DNA of 64,000 nt from Tubiluchus corallicola (Eukaryota; Animalia; Priapulida), in contig JAQGDQ010000538.1 in NCBI GenBank assembly GCA_030141605.1, forward strand, positions 1 to 64,000, in the 5' to 3' direction. Below the pieces are notes generated by a model. The model ran no database searches, was not told the origin of the DNA, and was given only the letters and a program-made list of their open reading frames with translations. A program made the translations under genes and the position numbers. This document shows positions 56,401 through 64,000 of this stretch, one piece after another. Numbering within the stretch: position 1 is the first letter of the stretch; every line of letters starts with the position of its first letter.

Positions 56401-58066
56401 AATCAAATGTAATAAATTAAATCACAGCTGCGACATTATTAATATTTTTTACTGTGAAATTTCGTATTTCGTGTATCATTGTGTATTTCATGGCTGTACA
56501 ACAAAAGCGGCATTAACTTATCCTGACACTGAAAATCCTATCTGCAAGAATCATTAGTAAACTAGTAGAGCTTCATCTAACTTCACTTCAAACAGTAGTT
56601 TAAACATTATTTGATAAAACAAAACATGGGCCGAAAACAATAAAGCTGATTAGTGAAACTCATTTGAAACAGCAAATATAATTTTGTAAATTATAACTTT
56701 TTGTAAATTATTATCCACTTCAGCACATTATAAAGTGCATGATTATCTTATAACTATTATACACTATAACTAGGAAAGAATCAAATATAGACTTGCAAAA
56801 ATTGTAACAAAACTGCATCAATACACTATTAATAGTATTATGTGCTATAGTTATTAGTTAGAGAAAAAATTTTAAATATAGTTAAAAAAATTTAAAATAT
56901 AGTTAAACTGCAAAACTTCTAGTTACAAATATCAGCATTTTATTTTGCATCGTGAACGTATATATATCACAGCCAAGGAAAATGCACAAAAGTGTACCGT
57001 ATGTGGTTACAGCTTACTTTTAATGAACACCATCTTATACTGTTATTAGCTTAGTGTAACGTTTTCTAAACTAAGTTAATTTAGCAAAACATTTGTATTT
57101 TTGCATATTCTACTAAAATTTAGCTCGGCATAGAGTTCAAGTTCAAACTGCATGTGTTATAAAAATAGTACAATATTAAATTGTGTCAAAATAGAGGCTA
57201 AAATGGTTGTAGAAAGAAAACAAGAAAACAAAATGTTCCATTTTTTGTTAAAACTTGCAAAGTACTGTACATACTAACCATCATCACTAGAACTGAACAG
57301 CAATCCACCTAGAGACATCTGTGAAATTTTACGAATCTTTGACGTGGTCGTTTCCGCGGCTGGCTTGTCACCAGACTCCATGTCTTGTAGTGAGAATCCG
57401 CCACGAACGGCGTATCTCCCCAGTATATCAGAGTATTTCACAGGTTTCTTAAAGTTAACCGAGAACTGATATAATAGTTCCTCATCTTTAAAATGCTTTT
57501 CATGAGCAACTGAAAGGTAAAACATTTTAACAATAATAAAAAATACAACAATTGCTAGCAGAACAAAAACTATATTATTACTTTTCTATACTATAAATTC
57601 TTACATGGCACTAATAGAAGAGAAAATGGAATAACAAAATAAAATGTAGTAATGTAATTTCTGTTTGTATTTTTCATTACAGGTTAGAAATTTTTCCTGT
57701 AATGGACAGCACAACAAAAAAAAAACAATTATTTTTTGAAAAACAACAATGAAATTTTATTTGTTAACTTGATCAGATTTCGAAATAAACTTTCATATGA
57801 ACTGCATATCTCACATTTCCGTGCATTTAATGAATTTAATTCTGTAACCCCACTATCTGTAGGGTTAAGTCACTACTGGCTACTTACCATGATGGATCAC
57901 ATTGTTGACCAACAATTCCCTGCAGTCTTTCAATGCCTGCTGTCGTGTCAAAGCCAAGTGTTCAGATAGGATCCAATCTAGTAACCCACGTCCGGTGAAG
58001 GAATAATCGTAGCTAAGACCGTCCTCTTGTCGTAGCTTCAATACTCTATTGGGCTCGGTGTGTAGC
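53480..58066 (-). CDS. DEPTOR: DEP domain-containing mTOR-interacting protein (DEPTOR) orthologue, 5'-partial: second DEP domain, Ser-rich linker, PDZ domain
   Basis: Minus-strand exons with consistent phases: 58066-57888, 57509-57279, 56298-56170, 54506-54336, 54074-53902, 53635-53480 (TGA). DEP: LHTEPNRVLKLRQEDGLSYDYSFTGRGLLDW…VIHHVAHEKHFKDEELLYQFSVNF. PDZ with DEPTOR-type lead-in: RQVSAKELENPNSPYVKKSLRVVSDSVGYGFVVRGNGPTFVQTVDPKGPAYEAGLRIRQYLCEVNGENVL. No exon for the first DEP domain was found in 58067-64000. Confidence 0.9.
54101..54130. repeat. (ATT)n microsatellite
   Basis: attattattattattattattactattact. Confidence 0.85.
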
Positions 58067-59919
58067 CTGAAAAAACGTATGTAGTTAGCATGTGTATGGT
58101 TATCAACCAGACGCACAGATGAAACAGGTTTTCGCCTGAAGGTACGGGGGATATAAACTGCTTTATGGCTCCTTCAAATGTAGAAAAAACAGCAATTAAA
58201 GTCAGAAACTAGAACAAGATTTGGCCGCGTGCCAAAAATGCTGAACGATGTTCGAAGAAATCATAACATGGGAAGAGCACTGCAATGTTAATAAAACAAA
58301 TGTGACGACCTTGACTTGGATGCGTTTGTGATACCAGTGAAGTAGTAAATTTCAAAACAAGAAAAAACATTAAACTTAACGCAGGCTAAATTTAGCAAAC
58401 ATTTAATTTTAATTCATATTATTTTGTGTAAATGAAAAAATACTATCATTAGCCTAGACTTAAGATAGATAAAATTAACATATTTTAATATTTTTGTTTA
58501 AAACTCACTTATTGTATAGCTTGAGACCTTTGAAAAAGACCCGCAAGTCATTGAAGTTGGCGAATGTTGCATCATCTTTTCGAAAGCGGTAGAAATTACA
58601 GTCGTCCAGAAACCTGATTTGGTCACATACTACAAAATTTACAAAACTGTAATAAAAATATTCATATCTTTATGAATACATAAGACTTTAGAAATACTTT
58701 TAACCTTTCAACTCAAGAAATTCCTTCAAATGAAAAAAAATAAATAGTTCCATTTCCACAACGCGCCAATTGGTAATTGCACAAAGACAAGTATGACAAA
58801 TATCACTGCCTGTCACTTATCTAAACCTTAAACGGGTCAAGTAGTGTTTCACTATCAAGCATAACAGCACACCGTCACTGTGCGCTAATAATAATAAGCC
58901 AACAAAAATGCAATGTAAAAAACTTGTTAACTCACATTCACACAAAGTCTGCACACTGGAAAATGTTCCACTAACCAAGCCTCAAGCCAAACATTGTTTA
59001 TCAGAGATACTTAACATAAGATTAAATTCAGCAAGTCTTCGAGGAAACGGGTTGGTCACAAATAAGCGAGATATTTGCTTCATATCAAACTTCACGTGTT
59101 AGCGAACGTCAGCATTATAAATTTTACTTCCACGCCCAAATCCGGCTCGGCGAAAAAAACGTACACTGCAAAATTTCAACTCGACTTTGACGAAAGCTAT
59201 TCATGTGACCAAGGTGACAGGTCAATTCACCTGCCAAGGTCAAACAGGTAAATTAAAGTCGGAATTTATATATCATGAACAACCTGTCTGCACGTAAAAA
59301 TACAGCACGCGATTGAACAGGTGAAGGTTTTCAGAAAGCAAACCTGAAAATAACACGTGTCAATTGACCTTAGCCCAACTGTGCTTTGCTTAGCAAAAAT
59401 TTGACGTCAAAATATGCGCTGACTTGGTAACTTGTTATCGCAAATAAACCAGACAAGAAATTTTTGTTTACAAGCGGCTATGTAACGTCTACACGAGTTC
59501 ATTGGAGGTACTTAATCTAATTAAAAAATTAACAGGAACAAAAAGTCAAGTTGTTATCAAAAGTGAGTGAATGAATGAGTAAATGACTGAATTAAGAAAT
59601 GAACGAACGAGCGAATGAACGATGAATTAAAATAACACGAACGTTACAAATTGCGAACAATGTTTAAACGTTTTTTCCAAGTTACATCAGGATCAATTAT
59701 ATAATCATAATTACAAATGTGCTTCATATGTAGGTTGTCTACACTTTATATTAATTTTTTAAACAAGCACAGCAAAATGTTTGAAAATCGGACACATTGG
59801 TGTAGATGAATGAAAAAACCTTTGGCATTCTTTTGGCCAGAAAATCTGAGAACTACTGTACTGGTGGGCTTCTCTATTTTCGCTACCTTCTTCAAAGCAC
59901 TTCTGCTAATGATCAACAC

Positions 59920-60162
59920 ATGCATTTCTAACATAAATGCTTGCACAACAATCTCTAATAATTGTTATTTGGAAACACGAAGGACGATTGAAGGTGTCTT
60001 GGTCTTTTTGTATAAATTTTAGCCCATTTGTAAAAAAAAATGCATGAGCATTTCAAGTTAAATGTTTGCACAACAATCTCTAATTCTCATTTCCAGTTCA
60101 TGAAGGTCGATTGAAGGTGACATGGGCTTTTTGTATAAATTTCAGCTTATCTTGTAAAAAAT
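59920..60162. repeat. Diverged ~125-bp tandem duplication within a probable non-autonomous element
   Basis: TAAATG.TTGCACAACAATCTCTAAT…GAAGG.CGATTGAAGGTG…CTTTTTGTATAAATTT.AGC…TTGTAAAAAA occurs twice. Confidence 0.75.
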
Positions 60163-60289
60163 TACAAAATGTCAAAACTGTCAAATCCCAAATTTCAAAT
60201 GGAAAGAGCCCCGGGGACCAATCCGGTGGAAAGTCGGATATCTTACTTTGAGAAAGTCTCTCACCGTTTGTGAGTAATGAGAATTTGCT

Positions 60290-60530
60290 TTACCTTGTTG
60301 CAAAACTACATTGTTAACAGTGAGAGTATCACGAGGGTCATAATATGCAGGTTTGCACTTGCACTGCACGCCAGTTGGCGATCGAAGGGATTGTTGTCGG
60401 GCGGACGAGCTAAGATTTTGCACCTCATTCCTCACTTGGAATGCCTTGCCAGAGGATCTGATTAATGCCCAAAATGTTAGTACCCTCGAAAACAAATTGA
60501 GGGCTCAGCGTCAAAGTCATGTGCCAGCTG
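60290..60530 (+). mobile_element. Decayed 3' end of a CR1/L2-clade LINE ORF2
   Basis: Translation WNALPEDLINAQNVSTLENKL resembles the typical ORF2 C-terminus (WN.LP..VV.A.SV..FK.KL). An upstream frameshifted TRGH-like motif (ACGAGGGTCATAAT) supports this. Confidence 0.5.
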
Positions 60531-61659
60531 CATTGTTACTTTTGAAGATAAATTTGAAGGTAACTTTAATGTCGTTGCCATAGCAATGGAGTTTTAGTCA
60601 AAATTTAAATAAGAGGCGGACCTACCGCATTTAATTAAAGAAACACTTTATAAAAATAGGATAAACGACTAAAAAGAAAATCAGAAATCTAAGTGCCTGA
60701 CTTTAGACTTCACAGACACCATATAGCTGAACAAGAGCTGACTCAACAAATCTAATCTAACTGAGAAGTTAGTTAAGTTAACAACAAAGTTAAAGCAAAC
60801 CCGGACCCAATCTTCAACTGTAAGTCAAAATAAGCTACTCTTTAACAATGTTGAAAGAAAACATACTATTTTTTCCAGAATGTCTGAAAGGATTATCACC
60901 ACCGCACAGATGCAATTTCACGTTCACGCCACTAGCTTTTCGCTGTTACATGCATTCCGCCATTATCTAGTTAGAAGGGCACTAGAGCGCGCATTTCGAA
61001 AACGCGTGGCACAAAAAAAACTGAGTCTGTATCTGTACTTCTCAGTTCAGGTGTGTTCGTTTTTGACGTACTCCACACGCTCGGCAGCCCATGGGTGAGC
61101 ACAGCGGTAAATACGAAACTTGAATTCTTATTTTAAAACTTGTCGAGTTTTATTAGAACACAGTGAATCTCTTACAGTAGCACTGTACTTCAATTTTTTC
61201 TTTCACAAAGACGTGCAACACGCTCGTCTCGTGGAATATTTTAGCTTTTGAAAATTATGTTAGTTTGTGATGTTATCAATAGATGGGCTCGTTCACCATT
61301 AATTAAAATTTAGATCTATTATTTAATTATCAGAAGCGCTTTTGCACTATTATTGGTGTTAAAATGTATACTTTTTACCGTACTTGAAAATGGGATAGTA
61401 TGTGAAAAATCATCTTCTTTTCACGTTGTAATTTTAATGGCCAACAACGAATGAATAAATGAACGAGCAAACGAATAAACAAATCTAAGAACCTGACAAC
61501 TATATTTCAGTGTATTCTTTCAAAATTACTTAATGTCAGGATAAATCCATCAGCCGTAAACATAAATGTGTTTCATGTAAATCTGTGATATTACGTACAT
61601 TGCGGGAGAAAAGCTGGACGAACGGCATGACATGGTGGCTGATAGGGCAAAATATGTTA

Positions 61660-61840
61660 AAAAAGAGGAAGAGAGAAAAACAGATAGGGAGAGAAAGAAA
61701 GAGAACGTGACAGAGACAAAAGAAAGACAGAGAAAGAAAGAGAAAGAGGGAGATAAAGAAAGAAAGAGAATGCGAGAGAGAATAAAGGAGGGAGAGGGAA
61801 TTAAGATAGGACAATAAACAGAGAAATAAGAAAATAGAAA
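61660..61840. repeat. GA-rich low-complexity tract
   Basis: Purine-rich degenerate (GA/GAAA)n; source of the spurious ORFs 61536-61817. Confidence 0.8.
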
Positions 61841-62332
61841 GTTATTTCGTTGACTTACTTTTCACGTTGTTTCTAGGATTTTGTGACACGACAGTAATTC
61901 CTTAATGTAAATTACAATTATCGCACTGCAAGCATTCTACATAATAACACGCCGTTCACTAACATATAAAGTTCACCATTTTCGGGCTACCCAGTGACAA
62001 TCCTATACAGTGGATGGATTCGTCTGAAAATTTACCTCGAAAAAAGTTTCTCATTAACACATCTCAAAATGTGCAGCCGAACAAGTGATTCACAAACCTT
62101 CACACAAACAATAATAACAGCAAAGTCTCAAATGTGGGAACAACATCAGTGATTTCTACAGACGTCAGACTGGTAATTCCGGCGAAACTTATTGGGGTAA
62201 TTTGAGCAAAAAGTAGTTGTCAACCGCAAACAAGCCAAAAACCGGATCTATACACAGCTGACCCTCAAAATTGCCATATTATGCTTAAAGGCAAACAAAT
62301 AACAACTTTCACGTCCTCTTTCAAACACTAAA

Positions 62333-62335
<3 letters not shown>

Positions 62336-62370
<35 letters not shown>

Positions 62371-62390
62371 CTCTCTCTCTCTCCCTCCCT

Positions 62391-62432
<42 letters not shown>

Positions 62433-62690
62433 CCCTCTGTCCCTCTCCTCTGCTTCTTTCTTTCCCTTCGTTTGTCTCAGTCTGTCTCTCTCTCCTGCCC
62501 TCTTTTTTTCTTTCCCTTCGTATCATTCTCTCTCTCTCATTGCTTTCTGTCCGTCTCTGCTTTCTCTTTCCCTCTATCAGTCTCTCTCCCTCTATCTTTT
62601 TATATGTCCTCCTCTCCCGCTATCTCTTTCCTCCCACTTCAATCTTTCTCCCTCCTCTCTCTATTGTCTGTCTTCTCTGTTTCTCTCACA
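62336..62690. repeat. (CT)n microsatellite with pyrimidine-rich extension
   Basis: Near-perfect (CT)n/(CCCT)n at 62336-62430, then degenerate CT-rich sequence. Confidence 0.9.
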
Positions 62691-64000
62691 TTTTTCATAC
62701 ATGCATTCTTTTACCCATCCATCCACCTACAACAGCGACTTTAACCAGTAAGGTAACAAGCACAACTAAAGAGCCCTCAGTAAAGGGACATGCTGCCCCA
62801 ATGAGATCGACATACTTTGACAGAGACTACCGCAAGCTGCAAAGACGAATGTTCAGCATTGACACTTAAATTGACACTAAATTTCTGTGAAAGATCAGCT
62901 ACCGCCATACGAAGCATCGGGTTAGTTGCGAAAGAATTCGATGCAGAGAGAAACGAGAGGTTAAATTTAAATGGAAAAACTTTAAAGGTATCCGAGTTAC
63001 AATACGCGTGCGTTTAAAACATTAAATAAAAAATCCAACTTCAATAATGGCATACTCGAAGGCTGTAAGAAACACAGGCCAACCATATCCTGCGGGTTTA
63101 AATTAAGCAACGTACATGGGCAAATTATCAAAAAAATGGAAAACGAATTCAAATCTGCGTTAGTTGACCTTAAACTTTACAACCTCCAAGCTTAAACCAT
63201 GCCCTACCATTGTGCAAGGGGTTAACTTCGTAGATTACTCCAATGTCGATAAAAAGTGGAGTTTTTTTACTCCAACAACGAACAGACAGGACTGGTAACT
63301 CTACAGGGTTTCGGGCTTGAACCACATCCTAACTCTGTGTCAGGTATCAACTGCCTACATTATTCCAGGGCCGAGAAAAACTGGCGAAAGATGGCCCGAC
63401 AGACAGATTAAACTGGAAATTCTGTAACTGCCCCGTTAGTTGGGCCATTTGGGTAATATTCCAGGGGTGACAAAAATAAGACGGACAGATATGATAACTA
63501 GCTATCCTGGCAGTCATGAGTGGTGACTGACAACTGAAACAGGATTGATAGTTTTTTAATAAGTACTTTTTATATCCATCGTACATCTATAACATTAAGA
63601 GGCAGAGCCAGTCACACCATTAAACAAAAACTGCCCAAGGTAAGCTCTGCTTCAAGGCCGCAAAATGAATAAGAAATTAAGCAATATCTGCTGTCTGGTC
63701 GAATAAAAACGTATTTAAGTAAACACATGTTTTATGATGCGCCCATTTATCAAAAATTACCTACACTTCAGTTTTCTCTTAAACTACAAATGAAAGCTAG
63801 CTAAAGTGTATAACAATGACAAGAAATACATTATGTTCAACAGATTCAATTTTCTTGAATGGGTGCAAATGCTAAGCTTGTTTTTTAGGTAAAATTACTC
63901 GTTCTTATGGATGTTTCAAGAAAGATACGGTTTACTTATGTAGTAAATTTGTTCGATTAATGTTAAATCATTTCTTTTCTGCATTTTTCGCAATGCATCA

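Overview
AT-rich eukaryotic DNA from an intron-rich invertebrate animal (it looks lophotrochozoan, but the taxon cannot be fixed from the sequence). It holds three spliced genes that I assembled exon by exon from GT-AG boundaries and reading phase. (1) A complete Rho-associated kinase (ROCK) on +, 34 coding exons, 4360-34964, about 1363 aa. (2) A complete ethanolaminephosphotransferase 1 / SELENOI orthologue on +, 10 coding exons, 38068-47486. (3) The 3' part of a DEPTOR orthologue (second DEP domain, linker, PDZ) on -, 6 exons, 53480-58066; no upstream coding exon was found in the window. Introns carry several MITEs, LINE-end scraps and microsatellites. The most interesting feature is the end of EPT1. 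Its TGA aligns with the vertebrate SELENOI selenocysteine codon, is followed by the leaky-termination hexamer CAATTA and a long predicted stem-loop, and I see no convincing SECIS. Termination would leave a KKxx ER-retrieval signal, while readthrough would mask it and create an acidic dileucine motif across the stop codon. This suggests a readthrough-controlled sorting switch (inference, untested). Secondary candidates are ROCK microexons, one created by a recent 94-bp tandem duplication of a splice donor. All folding and alignments were done by eye, and comparisons to human proteins are from recall.
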